Source of the DNA: Candidatus Aegiribacteria sp.
GTDB lineage: Bacteria > Fermentibacterota > Fermentibacteria > Fermentibacterales > JCC-6
DNA: 64,000 bases
Assembly (NCBI GenBank): GCA_030620995.1
Contig: JAUXIK010000001.1
Coordinates: forward strand, 65,796 to 129,795
Reading direction: 5' to 3'
Part shown: piece after piece, positions 1-9,675 of the stretch
How the letters are laid out: the number at the start of each line of letters is the position of its first letter
Numbering within the stretch: the stretch's first letter is position 1
Translations under genes and position numbers: made by a program
The notes under the pieces: generated by a model
The model's input: the letters and a program-made list of their open reading frames with translations, nothing else
What the model was told of the DNA's origin: nothing
Databases searched by the model: none

Positions 1-194
1 TTCCAGTAATCATCCGGTTCGTCAACCTGTTTTCTGAAGACAACACATGCTACCAGATCACCTGTATCTTCACCTGGAATGGACAGGTACAAATGAAGGC
101 GATCTCCAGCATCGTTTGGTCTGTCCTGCACATCAGTGATTTCTATTGCTGGCTGAAGAAGCATCAGGGCGGTGAGTACGATTGAATTTATCAT
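1..194 (-). CDS. hypothetical secreted protein, N-terminal fragment (gene runs off the left window edge)
   Basis: The ATG at 194 reads leftwards as MINSIVLTALMLLQPAIEITDVQDRPNDAGDRLHLYLSIPGEDTGDLVACVVFRKQVDEPDDYW and stays open to position 1. It has a hydrophobic N-terminus followed by a motif block resembling the ectodomain of the 5235..6560 protein. It is absent from the ORF track because it is truncated. Confidence 0.45.
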   Translation of the reverse strand, partial: MINSIVLTALMLLQPAIEITDVQDRPNDAGDRLHLYLSIPGEDTGDLVACVVFRKQVDEPDDYW

Positions 195-276
195 GCGCAG
201 ACGTCCTTTTCGCTGGTCACAGTACAACATTCCATTTTATGTAGTATGCATGTCAGAATAAAAAAAAGAAAGGTTT

Positions 277-717
277 TCAATCCTCTGTTCTTGTTCCCAG
301 ATATTTCTCACCAATGAGTACCTTGCTCATTACTTCAATATCATGTCTTGTGTGCCATCCTGTCTTCTCGTAAAACCTTATAGCCGTATTGTCAGAATAG
401 ATGAAGAGGTGAGCCTTTTCGATACCAGCGTTCCTGAGAGCGTTCTCCGCTGCGCTCATAAGTGCAGCGCCTGTTCCTTTCCCCTGGAGGGATTCGTCGA
501 CTGCAAGATGGTATATATACCCCCGTCTTGTATCGTGACCTGCCATAACAGAACCGACAATTCTGTTATTCAAAAGCACGCTGAAACAGTATTCACCGTT
601 CATCTCAAGAAAACTCTCAAATCCTTCTCTGCTATCGGCTCCGGTCATGGTTGTACCTGGGAAACCGCTCCAGAGCTCTACCAGGGATAAGTAATCATCC
701 TTTTTCATTAACCGCAT
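277..717 (-). CDS. GNAT family N-acetyltransferase
   Basis: 146 aa. It carries the acetyl-CoA binding core HLAVDESLQGKGTGAALM (Q/RxxGxG/A) and a C-terminal FYEKTGW motif typical of GNAT. Confidence 0.85.
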   Translation of the reverse strand: MRLMKKDDYLSLVELWSGFPGTTMTGADSREGFESFLEMNGEYCFSVLLNNRIVGSVMAGHDTRRGYIYHLAVDESLQGKGTGAALMSAAENALRNAGIEKAHLFIYSDNTAIRFYEKTGWHTRHDIEVMSKVLIGEKYLGTRTED

Positions 718-725
718 CTTCTTCT

Positions 726-1820
726 TTATCGATTCCTTTCATCAAGAACCTCGCGGTAAAGCCTCAGGTACTCATCAACTGTAGATTCTATATTGAAAAG
801 AGAGGCTCTTTTCAAACCGCACAGACCCATATGTCTCGCGCTGTCCTGATTATCGATAAGGTTCAACAGGGCCTCAGCCATCTCTCCGGGTGAATGGGGA
901 TTCACCAGGGTTCCGCAGCTTCCATCCCTTCCAACCACATCACCGATCCCAGGAACATTAGAAGCCACAACGGGAAGCCCCGAAGCCATCGCTTCAACAG
1001 CAGCAATACCGAACCCCTCCCTTGCGGAAGGCATGAAGAGAATATCAGCTCCCTGCATAAGAGCAGGTATATCCTTCACGTCCCCGGGGAATTCCATATT
1101 CGAAGAAACACCAAGCTCAGCCGCAAGTTCTTTGAGTTCGCTTTCAAGATTCCCGCTTCCAGCGATCACGTACTTCAGTCCGGTTCTACAGCTACCCTGG
1201 AGTATTGAGAATGCTTCTATTGCAGCATGGTAATTCTTTGCGGCTGAAAGCCTTCCAACGGATAATATCACCAGCGGATCCTTATCCTCAAATATTCCTG
1301 CTGCCTTGAAATCCGAAAGATCTATTCCGTTTGATATTACTTCAAGGCGATCAGATACGTCCGGAATCCAGTACTCCAGCTCTGCTGCGGCTCCATCACT
1401 GACACATACGATTCGATCATATAGGGAATAGAACAACCTGTCGGTGAGTCTTCCTGAAACAGTTCCGCGTCTTCGGTTTGAAGTGCTGTGCTCAGTTGTT
1501 ATCAATCGCCCGTTCAAAGGTTTTCCCTCCCGGACAAGACTGACTATCAGCTGTGAGGGAAACAGGTGCGAATGAATGATGTCAGCATTCTCCAGAAACG
1601 TTTCCTCCGGCATTCCGGCCAATCGTGAAAATGCCCGGGGATCGTAGGGAGAAGAAAGCCCAAGGGAAAATATACCTGTCTCTGTCCACCCGTACTCACT
1701 TCCGGCAATGGAGATGAGAATACTTTTTTCTCCACGAGTATGGTATCCCTTATGCAGGCTCAAAGCAAGCCTTTCAGCTCCTCCTGTTTCGAGACTGTTG
1801 ATTACCTGAACAATTATCAT
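726..1820 (-). CDS. glycosyltransferase, GT-B fold (family 4-like)
   Basis: 364 aa. The N-terminal GGAERLALSL and C-terminal EGFGIAAVEAMASGLPVVASNVPG (E-x7-E region) are characteristic of GT4/GT1 enzymes. Confidence 0.85.
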   Translation of the reverse strand: MIIVQVINSLETGGAERLALSLHKGYHTRGEKSILISIAGSEYGWTETGIFSLGLSSPYDPRAFSRLAGMPEETFLENADIIHSHLFPSQLIVSLVREGKPLNGRLITTEHSTSNRRRGTVSGRLTDRLFYSLYDRIVCVSDGAAAELEYWIPDVSDRLEVISNGIDLSDFKAAGIFEDKDPLVILSVGRLSAAKNYHAAIEAFSILQGSCRTGLKYVIAGSGNLESELKELAAELGVSSNMEFPGDVKDIPALMQGADILFMPSAREGFGIAAVEAMASGLPVVASNVPGIGDVVGRDGSCGTLVNPHSPGEMAEALLNLIDNQDSARHMGLCGLKRASLFNIESTVDEYLRLYREVLDERNR

Positions 1821-1938
1821 TGTATTATTTCTTTGATGAGACCATATTGATTAAAAATAATTATGGTGTAAATCTAAGCGCAGCCGTACCGAATGAGAAG
1901 TTAACCCCTGAATGGGGATGCGTTCTGGAATGAAGAAC

Positions 1939-2014
<76 letters not shown>

Positions 2015-2077
2015 ACCGGAAGAGCCAATTTACGAAAACGGATTCAAAAGGTCAAGCTTTTAAGCTCCGGGAAAACC

Positions 2078-2875
2078 TCAGAATTCCAATTCTTTCTGAA
2101 GATCATTCATATCAAGATCATCCCTTATCCCTAAACGTGTCAGAGAAAAATCGTATTTCACAGGATCATCAGGACACAGGATTCTGAAACCTTCCGTGAT
2201 TTCCTCCACCGTCCTCCAGTCAGCCGTCCGTCTTAAAGTGAATCCGAGGAGCTTCGCTGCTCTGAACATGTGCGTGTCAAGCGGCACGTACAGCACAGCG
2301 GTCTCAATCCCGCTCCATCCTCCAGGATCTACATCATCGTTGCGCACCATCCACCTCATCCAGAGATTCAGTCTTTTACAGGCGCTTCCTTTTGAAGGCA
2401 GGGATAACATGCTCGAAGTACTCAAACCGGCTTTTCTCATAATCGCAGCGACCATCAGTTCCAGAGCCTCGACGTATCCCTTTGATGAAACGTTTTTAGT
2501 CAGCAGATTACCCAGGCTTCCATATTCAATCTGCAGCTCGGAAGCTGCCTTCAGAATACATGCAACTTCCGAACCCTTCGTGAAGCGGTATTTGAAATCA
2601 CTGTAAAGATTCTGAAGTATTTCAAGAGATGTCTCACGAAGGAACAGGGATGGTGAAGATCCAAGTTCACCAAGCACAGAACCGGCAGCGTTTATTATCT
2701 GTGAAACTCTTCCGTATGCCAGTCCCGATGCAACAAGTCCGGCGATTTCTCTGTCACAAAGATCTTCATATTGATAGAGATACACCAGAGGATCCGGGTG
2801 GACATATTCTTTTCTGTTAAGACGAAGATAGAGGTTGTCGAGAGAATATTTGAGAGCATGGGGGACATGCAGCAT
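2078..2875 (-). CDS. TIGR02757 / DUF2400 family protein (function unknown)
   Basis: 265 aa. The motifs GLAYGRV, PLDTHM and the C-terminal DPVKYDFSL match my memory of DUF2400. This was not verified by a search. Confidence 0.55.
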   Translation of the reverse strand: MLHVPHALKYSLDNLYLRLNRKEYVHPDPLVYLYQYEDLCDREIAGLVASGLAYGRVSQIINAAGSVLGELGSSPSLFLRETSLEILQNLYSDFKYRFTKGSEVACILKAASELQIEYGSLGNLLTKNVSSKGYVEALELMVAAIMRKAGLSTSSMLSLPSKGSACKRLNLWMRWMVRNDDVDPGGWSGIETAVLYVPLDTHMFRAAKLLGFTLRRTADWRTVEEITEGFRILCPDDPVKYDFSLTRLGIRDDLDMNDLQKELEF

Positions 2876-2930
2876 AGCTTGTCATGCTTTTTGGGGACAC
2901 GCAGCAGAGCCTGCATGTCCCCATATACTG

Positions 2931-3560
2931 TTATTCAATTAAATGCAGCCAGTCTCCAAGCAGATACTGAATTCTGCCGATCAGAAGGCTGATACGGCCC
3001 ATGACGGTGAAACCGAAAGTGGCTCCGAAACCGAGCATGATAACCCAGATACCAATTTTCGAACCCGTGCCGAAGAAAAGCCCCTTGTGCGGCTTGGAAA
3101 AGAAGAAGTAGATGAGAGCCGCAAGGGTTCCGAATATCATCACGATATTCCCGAAGACCTCGTACCATGGCATTCCAGAAGAGTAGAGAGGAACCATAGC
3201 AGCTTCAAGCTGGCGAAGCACATATGCCTTCATTGTGAGTGGGAAGGCTACACCCATCGCAGTACCCATGATAAAGGCGATGGGATATCTTGAAAGCCAT
3301 GCAATACTGGGTATGAACCTGGTAATGTACAGCAAACCTAGCAAACCTGGAATAATGAGTATCAAGTGATTGCCGGCGAATATAGGTTCAAGAAGTTTAG
3401 GAAGTATGACTGAATTGTAGATCAGAACCATCGTATATCCCAGAGAAATACCAACAACCAGGTGTTCAGCAAGGCGATAGACAGGGTTCTCCTTGTAAAG
3501 GAATGAGTAAATGGCAAGCGTGAAGAAAGCGCCAACCCAGATTCCTATTGTATCGTACAT
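2931..3560 (-). CDS. polytopic membrane protein, about 6 TM (P4 of the unknown four-gene operon)
   Basis: 209 aa with six hydrophobic segments. It starts 3 nt after the upstream gene ends. It shares a C-terminal IMLGFGATFG motif with the 4566..5210 protein. Confidence 0.75.
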   Translation of the reverse strand: MYDTIGIWVGAFFTLAIYSFLYKENPVYRLAEHLVVGISLGYTMVLIYNSVILPKLLEPIFAGNHLILIIPGLLGLLYITRFIPSIAWLSRYPIAFIMGTAMGVAFPLTMKAYVLRQLEAAMVPLYSSGMPWYEVFGNIVMIFGTLAALIYFFFSKPHKGLFFGTGSKIGIWVIMLGFGATFGFTVMGRISLLIGRIQYLLGDWLHLIE

Positions 3561-3563
3561 CTT

Positions 3564-4565
3564 CTACCTCCTTCCCTTCAGCCTGGTCTTTTTATGGAAA
3601 CCGCCTGCGAAAAACGCGATGTTACCCATTATGATCAGAAGGATTATGAATATATGCGCAGCTGACTGCACATCCATACCTCTGAAGGCTTTACCAGTTG
3701 TCCTGGTTATGCCGTTCTCCTTGAGCAGCACTTCGTATTCCGCGGCTCCTCTAAGTCCGCCCATCTGCCCGACGATCTGACCGGACTGTATGTATGGGAA
3801 GTAATCAGTTGCCATAACACCTGTTACACCAAATGCGATGGGAAGTCCTATTTTCTCCCTGGCATAAGTTATCCAGGCCGTGCAGGCAGCTGATCCGGAA
3901 GTAGTAAGGGCAAGATCCACCTCGCGAAGGCTTTTATGTTCCATTAATATGGGCATTCCCCCAATTGGATTATTATGATAATCCACAGGGAACTGTGTTT
4001 CGATGGAACCCGTCATTCCGAGTATTACAAGGTGAAAAAGAGGAAGGTATCCCAGCAAAACGTAATCCCTTCCCTCGAAGACCCAGCCTGCAGCACCTTC
4101 CGAAAGCACGTTTCCGTCACTTTCCCAGGCAGCTGTAAGTTCTTCTTTATTAGTAATACCGGCCTCGCGATAATCCGCCCAATCCTCAAAAAGAACTCTT
4201 TCATAGTAGCCATCCGTCTTAGGATTTGTGACGTAATCAAGAGCTGCAACAGCCATTCCCTTACCAAGCGGCACATACGCAGTCATAAACACAGGAATGC
4301 GGTTGTGAAATGCGTGCCTCATGACAGCTACGGCCATCGGCATATTCTCAGCCTGAGTTCCCGGCGCAAAATCGAATCCTATGAAGATGGCGTCATCCGG
4401 TCCGAGTTCATCCACATAATCGAAAATACCCTCAACCTCTATTGTTGTAGTTATCGGCATTCCAAATCCAATGAGGAATGGAACGATCGACACTATTCCT
4501 ATGCCAAGGAAGATCCAGCGCCTGTCAACGTTCAACATTTTTTCCCAGATATTCACAGCGCTCAC
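3564..4565 (-). CDS. bitopic membrane protein with a roughly 270-aa central domain (P3 of the unknown operon)
   Basis: 333 aa. It has an N-terminal TM (WIFLGIGIVSIVPFLIGF) and a C-terminal TM (AAHIFIILLIIMGNIAFFAGG). It directly abuts the upstream gene (4565/4566). Confidence 0.75.
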   Translation of the reverse strand: MSAVNIWEKMLNVDRRWIFLGIGIVSIVPFLIGFGMPITTTIEVEGIFDYVDELGPDDAIFIGFDFAPGTQAENMPMAVAVMRHAFHNRIPVFMTAYVPLGKGMAVAALDYVTNPKTDGYYERVLFEDWADYREAGITNKEELTAAWESDGNVLSEGAAGWVFEGRDYVLLGYLPLFHLVILGMTGSIETQFPVDYHNNPIGGMPILMEHKSLREVDLALTTSGSAACTAWITYAREKIGLPIAFGVTGVMATDYFPYIQSGQIVGQMGGLRGAAEYEVLLKENGITRTTGKAFRGMDVQSAAHIFIILLIIMGNIAFFAGGFHKKTRLKGRR

Positions 4566-5210
4566 CTACTTCCCTGCTCCGCCGAGCCAGTTACGCTCGA
4601 CGCCAAATATTATTTTAAGGTTGGTTGCCAGCATTCCGAACCCGACTCCCAGCATGATCGCACGCTTGGCAGCAAGGTTGGGATAACGGAGTATCCACAG
4701 TCCGGTGTTCGGAAGCCATTTTCCAAGAACATCACCGATCGGAACCTGGCCAAGCATGACGATTACAGCTGCAAGTAACAGTATGGTTGCCAGTGCTGAC
4801 TTTGCTCTGAAAGCCCTGAAAGCGGCGCTTGCGATATAGAAAGCAAGCAGGCTGAACATTGTGGATTGAATCGGTACCTGAATATGCATGAACAGAAAAT
4901 CGTGAACTCCATGCACTTCCGATCCGCCGCCAAGTGATTGAGGTACAATTAGAGCAAAGAAAGGCATTCCGAACAGCGGTATCAGCACAGCCCAGCTGTA
5001 CTGCCAGTTTTTGGCCTTCCTGCGTATTTTATGCGTATGCAATCGCGTAAGACTACCGACACCAAGTATTAAAGCGAAAGCTCCCACAATCGGAGCCCAC
5101 TCAACATAATTGTCTAAAATTACCTGAGAGTATTGATGTGGAATGAAATACTGAACCATCATCAGTATTCCGCCCACCATCACGATCATAAGCGGAACAG
5201 TTCTTTTCAC
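4566..5210 (-). CDS. polytopic membrane protein, about 6 TM (P2 of the unknown operon)
   Basis: 214 aa. The start is GTG at 5210, preceded by AAAGGAG with an 8-nt spacer. The C-terminal motif is IMLGVGFGM. Confidence 0.75.
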   Translation of the reverse strand: MKRTVPLMIVMVGGILMMVQYFIPHQYSQVILDNYVEWAPIVGAFALILGVGSLTRLHTHKIRRKAKNWQYSWAVLIPLFGMPFFALIVPQSLGGGSEVHGVHDFLFMHIQVPIQSTMFSLLAFYIASAAFRAFRAKSALATILLLAAVIVMLGQVPIGDVLGKWLPNTGLWILRYPNLAAKRAIMLGVGFGMLATNLKIIFGVERNWLGGAGK

Positions 5211-5234
5211 TGTTCTTTCTCCTTTCCGGTGGGC

Positions 5235-6560
5235 TTACTCAACAATGGACACGGTTACCAGATTGCGCAACCAGTCCAGTGTGTGAGTATTTGCAACAAG
5301 ATCAAGAATTCCAAGAACCAGCGCAAGCGTTATCAAACTCATGACAATAGCCTTGCACGCATCCTGTCCCTTAACCGCTCCTATCTGCTTGGGTTCATGT
5401 CCCAGATAAGCGCTGGCAGCGTACAGTTCCTCACCGATTAAAGTGTAATCGCATGTAGTGATGAAGAAAGGCAGCTGAGTCACGGCATCGGTTCCCGCTA
5501 TCTGTATCGCTCCGGAAAGTGATCCGGTTTCAGCAAGTATGAGAGATTCAGCATAGAACATACCGAGGTAGAAGTTGGTCGCTGGTCTGTCTCGCATCAT
5601 AATTCCATTGACACCTGCAACATATGCGAACTGACTCTGTGTCAGAAAGAAAACTGAATCCTGATCATAGGAATCCGGACGTCCAGCTTCAAGGTAAGCC
5701 TGCTTTACAACCTCCTCTGCAACAGTGTATACAATCGGATCGTAATTCGGGACTATTATTCGAGTCTGATATTCTGCAATCTTTCTCGCGACCCGTCCAA
5801 GAATTGTAAGACTGGCAATTGTCGCTACATCAGAGATTGTTGAAATCCCGGGAACATAGAGAATGGGTTTGCCCATCTCCGTCGCTCTTCCAATAGCTTC
5901 ATCGATCGCCTCTATGCCGGCTATCGGTCTGAGATACATCTTTGCGCCTCTCTGAGCTCTGCCGAAGTAGTAGAAAATGAGAAGAATGAACAGAGAAGCG
6001 GCGATCAGCAATCTGACTTTGTCGGTATGGAACCATTCACCTTCCGCAGCTACCGTTGCACCGTAAACCGGACCAAAATACTCAGCATCTTCCAAAGATA
6101 CAGAAGCGATTTTGTATTCGTACAAGATTCCTGGTTCTATTGGGTATTCAGGATCGTATCCGTCTATAAACTCCGACGGCTCATCAGCAGGAATTACCTT
6201 GACAAGATTCCAGGTATCTTCGCTTTCCTCGCCGATTACACGTCTATAGACATTGTAACAGTGAATACCTTCAGGATTCACAGCAGGTTCAAACGTAACA
6301 ACAAGTTGATTTCCAGCATTGTTGGGTTTGTCCTGAACAGTAATCATGCCTGGTATATCTAACCCGGGATCAGTTTCCAGCAGCGGTTCTCCTGCTACAG
6401 GCTGAGTTTCAGTTTCCTCAGCAGCAGCATCCTCTGTCACCACTTCTGAAACGGTATCATCAGTGGGTGTCAAATTTTCGACACTATCCTGGGCCGCGGA
6501 CAGTGAAGGGATCATAAGGAGAATCAGAGCGGCTGGAATACCTATCCAGTTAATCCGCAT
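5235..6560 (-). CDS. secreted/membrane protein: signal peptide, acidic linker, Ig/fn3-like ectodomain, TM, roughly 230-aa domain and C-terminal TM (P1 of the unknown operon)
   Basis: The ORF track begins at a TTG at 6587. The ATG at 6560 (MRINWIGIPAALILLMIPSLSAAQD) has an AAAGGTGG SD 4-5 nt upstream and starts directly with a signal peptide. Confidence 0.75.
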   Translation of the reverse strand: MRINWIGIPAALILLMIPSLSAAQDSVENLTPTDDTVSEVVTEDAAAEETETQPVAGEPLLETDPGLDIPGMITVQDKPNNAGNQLVVTFEPAVNPEGIHCYNVYRRVIGEESEDTWNLVKVIPADEPSEFIDGYDPEYPIEPGILYEYKIASVSLEDAEYFGPVYGATVAAEGEWFHTDKVRLLIAASLFILLIFYYFGRAQRGAKMYLRPIAGIEAIDEAIGRATEMGKPILYVPGISTISDVATIASLTILGRVARKIAEYQTRIIVPNYDPIVYTVAEEVVKQAYLEAGRPDSYDQDSVFFLTQSQFAYVAGVNGIMMRDRPATNFYLGMFYAESLILAETGSLSGAIQIAGTDAVTQLPFFITTCDYTLIGEELYAASAYLGHEPKQIGAVKGQDACKAIVMSLITLALVLGILDLVANTHTLDWLRNLVTVSIVE

Positions 6561-6594
6561 GGATCCACCTTTCACTTTAGTGTTCAACAGTGTT

Positions 6595-7509
6595 CTATTC
6601 GAAAAATTCGTTTATCTCGCGGGCTACTTCAGCTCCTACACGCTTCTTCGCGGCCGAGCTTCCGGCCCCGATGTGAGGGGTAGCCACGGTTCTTTCATAT
6701 TCCACAAGGGGATTCCCCGTGGCTGGTTCCTCTTCGAAGACATCAACTCCGGCGGCAAAAACCTTCCCGGAATTCATTGCGTCAAGAAGGGTTGCTTCAT
6801 TGATGGTTCCGCCTCTGGCGCAGTTCACTATTACAACGCCATCCTTCATCATATCGAATTGCTTCGTATCAAGAAGGTAATGAGTTTCTTTATTGTGAGG
6901 AATATGAAGACTGATAAAATCGGATTCTCTGCAGAGTGTTTCCAGATCAACTTTCTTCGCTTCTATTCCGTCAACGCTGTCTATGTACGGATCGAAGAAA
7001 ACTACATCCATCTCGAATCCCTTTGCGCGTCTGGCGACTTCCTGAGAGATTCTGCCAAAGCCGATCAGACCTAGTGTAGAGTGCCAGAGTTCCTTGCCCT
7101 TACCGTATGCTTTCTTGTTCCATTCACCCTGCTTCATCGTGCAGTTGGCCGGTCCGAGGAAGCGGCTGCATGCAAGCATATGGGCAATTGCAAGCTCTGC
7201 AACGGCGACACTGCTTGCCGAGGGTGTATTTCTTACGGCAATGCCAAGATCAGCCGCTACATCAAGATCAACATTATCAAGACCAACGCCGCCGCGAACC
7301 ACAAGCTTCAGATTTCCAGCGGCTCCCTTTTCAAGTACGGGCTTCCTTACCTTTGTCGCGCTTCTGATGACCAGCGCATCAAACGCCGGAGCGGTTTCAA
7401 TCAGTTCTTCAGGTGTCATGCCGGTTTTCTCGACAACCTCGTGTCCGCCTTTCCGGATTGCTTCAAGAGCATCTTCAGCAACCGGATCACAGATAAGTAT
7501 TCGTGCCAT
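6595..7509 (-). CDS. D-isomer-specific 2-hydroxyacid dehydrogenase, short phosphoglycerate-dehydrogenase-like form
   Basis: 304 aa. It has the NAD fold GLIGFGRISQEVARRA and a catalytic region ending TPHIGA. No ACT domain is present. Confidence 0.85.
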   Translation of the reverse strand: MARILICDPVAEDALEAIRKGGHEVVEKTGMTPEELIETAPAFDALVIRSATKVRKPVLEKGAAGNLKLVVRGGVGLDNVDLDVAADLGIAVRNTPSASSVAVAELAIAHMLACSRFLGPANCTMKQGEWNKKAYGKGKELWHSTLGLIGFGRISQEVARRAKGFEMDVVFFDPYIDSVDGIEAKKVDLETLCRESDFISLHIPHNKETHYLLDTKQFDMMKDGVVIVNCARGGTINEATLLDAMNSGKVFAAGVDVFEEEPATGNPLVEYERTVATPHIGAGSSAAKKRVGAEVAREINEFFE

Positions 7510-7611
7510 TTAATTTCTCCTTTTTCAATCTCATGAATTATGATTAGCAACAAACCCCAAGATATGATGCATACTACAGATGAGGGTATTTCAAGTCAAT
7601 GAGAAACCGGT

Positions 7612-8547
7612 CTATTCCTCCAGTAATTTCACAGCTTTAAATACTATCATTTCAGCTGTAAGTTCGTACTCTTCTCTCACTTCAGCGGGAGTACCGCTTG
7701 TTCCGAAACTGTCTCTGACCGCAACGACACCCACAGGAACAGGATGCTCTGGCGCAAGGGTTTCGGCCACAGCTCCAAACAACCCTCCTACTGCCTGGTG
7801 ATCTTCAGTGACAACAACTGCTCCGGTTTTTTTCGCCTGCTCAATTAGAAGCTTCCTGTCGAGCGGTTTGACGGATACCATATCGATAACTCCAGCTGAG
7901 ATTCCACGTTTCGACAGTATCTCTCGAGCGGTGAGCGCCATGCTGACCATGGCTCCGCATGCGACCAGGGTTATGTCACTTCCATCCTCCAGAAGATGCC
8001 CCCTACCTATTTTAACTGATGCGTCAACAGGATATATCTGTGGAACAGGATTCCTCCCGAAGCGGATGTAAACCGGACCGGCCGTGTTCACGGAAGTCAG
8101 TACCGCGGCTCTGGTCTGATTCGCATCAGCCGGTACAAGCACATGCATATTGGGAAGCACACGCATCAGGGCAACATCCTCAAGAGCCTGATGAGTGGCT
8201 CCGTCAGGACCCACACTTACTCCTCCATGAGCGCCGGCGATCTTTACGTTCAGATTCATGTAGCAGATGCTCGTTCTTATCTGATCCCATGCTCTTCCGG
8301 CAACGAAAACGCCGTATGTGCCAACGAATGGAATGAATCCAGCCAGCGCGAGTCCTGCCGCTTCTCCAAGCATGTCCTGCTCACTGACTCCAAGATTGAA
8401 AAACCTTTCAGGAAATTCCTCGCCGAACGATGCGCTTCCGATCGACCTCGAGACATCTCCTTCAATTACCACTACGCGATCGTTCTCTCTGCCTGCCTGA
8501 AGGATTCCTTCAACGTAACCTTCTCTTGTGGGTCTGAGGTTTTTCAT
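7612..8547 (-). CDS. transketolase, C-terminal (pyrimidine-binding) subunit
   Basis: 311 aa. It overlaps the N-terminal subunit gene by 4 nt. The EQDMLGEAAGLA and GATHQALEDVA motifs are present. Confidence 0.9.
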   Translation of the reverse strand: MKNLRPTREGYVEGILQAGRENDRVVVIEGDVSRSIGSASFGEEFPERFFNLGVSEQDMLGEAAGLALAGFIPFVGTYGVFVAGRAWDQIRTSICYMNLNVKIAGAHGGVSVGPDGATHQALEDVALMRVLPNMHVLVPADANQTRAAVLTSVNTAGPVYIRFGRNPVPQIYPVDASVKIGRGHLLEDGSDITLVACGAMVSMALTAREILSKRGISAGVIDMVSVKPLDRKLLIEQAKKTGAVVVTEDHQAVGGLFGAVAETLAPEHPVPVGVVAVRDSFGTSGTPAEVREEYELTAEMIVFKAVKLLEE

Positions 8548-9374
8548 GAGAGTCCTCCATGAATTTCCTCAACAGCGGCTTCGTATTCCTTTTCATCGGG
8601 ACACCTTCCGTGCCAGAGACAGGTGTTTTCCATAAAGGATACGCCTTTACCTTTAACGGTATTCGCGATGATAACCGATGGAAATTCGGTTTCACCGCAA
8701 TGTTCAAATGCCTTTTCGAGGGAAATAAAACTGTGACCGTCAGCGACGATCACATCCCATCCGAATGCAAGCCATTTGTCTACAAGAGGTTCGATCTCCA
8801 TGACATCAGATACGTGTCCATCAAGCTGTACAAGATTCCTGTCCACAATTGCGGTAAGATGTTTTAGATCGTAGTGAGACGCGGTCATCGCCGCTTCCCA
8901 GATATTTCCCTCCTGAAGCTCGCCATCACCGAGAAGACAGTAAACGCGGCTTTTCCTTTTATCAAGTCGGATCCCGTGAGAAATCCCACACGCAATCGAC
9001 AGACCTTGACCGAGACTTCCTGTGGAAGCGTCCAATCCCGGCAGTTTACTCATATCCGGATGTCCCTGGAGCCTTGAATTGAATTTCCTGAGTGTCAACA
9101 GTTCGGCAGGATCAAAGTATCCTCTTCTGGCAAGTACGGAATAGAGAGCCGGGCAGGCATGACCCTTGGATAGAATAAATCTGTCCCTGTCTTCCCAGTT
9201 CGGTTCTTCCGGACGTATTCTCATGATTTTCCAGTAGAGTTCGACAAGAATCTCAACCGTGGAAAAAGATCCCCCGGGATGCCCGCTGCCCGCTGCCCGT
9301 ATCATCTCCAGAACATCAAGCCTCACACGATTAGCAATTGGGGTCAAACCTTGTATTTTAACATTTTCCATCAT
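8544..9374 (-). CDS. transketolase, N-terminal (TPP-binding) subunit
   Basis: 276 aa. It has SGHPGGSFS and the TPP motif GDGELQEGNIWEA, as in the split transketolase arrangement. Confidence 0.9.
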   Translation of the reverse strand: MMENVKIQGLTPIANRVRLDVLEMIRAAGSGHPGGSFSTVEILVELYWKIMRIRPEEPNWEDRDRFILSKGHACPALYSVLARRGYFDPAELLTLRKFNSRLQGHPDMSKLPGLDASTGSLGQGLSIACGISHGIRLDKRKSRVYCLLGDGELQEGNIWEAAMTASHYDLKHLTAIVDRNLVQLDGHVSDVMEIEPLVDKWLAFGWDVIVADGHSFISLEKAFEHCGETEFPSVIIANTVKGKGVSFMENTCLWHGRCPDEKEYEAAVEEIHGGLS

Positions 9375-9675
9375 TAACTGATTCCAATCAAACTATAAAT
9401 GTTGCAATCTATAGATATTACTGAACAGGAAGGTATATGACTATTTTGCAAACATCACCTCCGCCAAAAAGGTTCTCGATAACTTCCACCTCGACAGGCA
9501 TTTGAAGAATAGCATCTCCTGCACTGGAATCAATCGCACTATTCAATTTGCGCAACCATTGTTTTTCGAAATCGTATGCTTCAGGCATTAGTTTCATTTC
9601 TTCAGTAAATATTACATTTATATATTAAATATTCCTATTATCACGAACAAATGTTAAAATACAAGGTTTGACCCC

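Noticed and set aside
3975-4778. 267-aa plus-strand ORF.
   Set aside because: It is entirely antisense to the well-formed membrane genes at 3564-4565 and 4566-5210. Its sequence is low-complexity and rich in Ser, Arg, His and Cys, with no SD. It is treated as a shadow ORF.
7081-7536. Three overlapping plus-strand ORFs of 86-151 aa.
   Set aside because: All are antisense to the 2-hydroxyacid dehydrogenase gene and rich in Ser, Arg, Ala and Pro. They are shadow frames.
9418-9597. 59-aa minus-strand ORF (MKLMPEAYDFEKQWLRKLNSAIDSS...) in the AT-rich 300-nt gap upstream of the transketolase genes. A possible TTGTTC-17-TAATAT promoter lies at 9622-9650.
   Set aside because: It has no convincing SD (only GAAGAA) and no recognisable motif, and it lies in a promoter-like AT-rich region. 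It is worth a tblastn check, but I do not call it.
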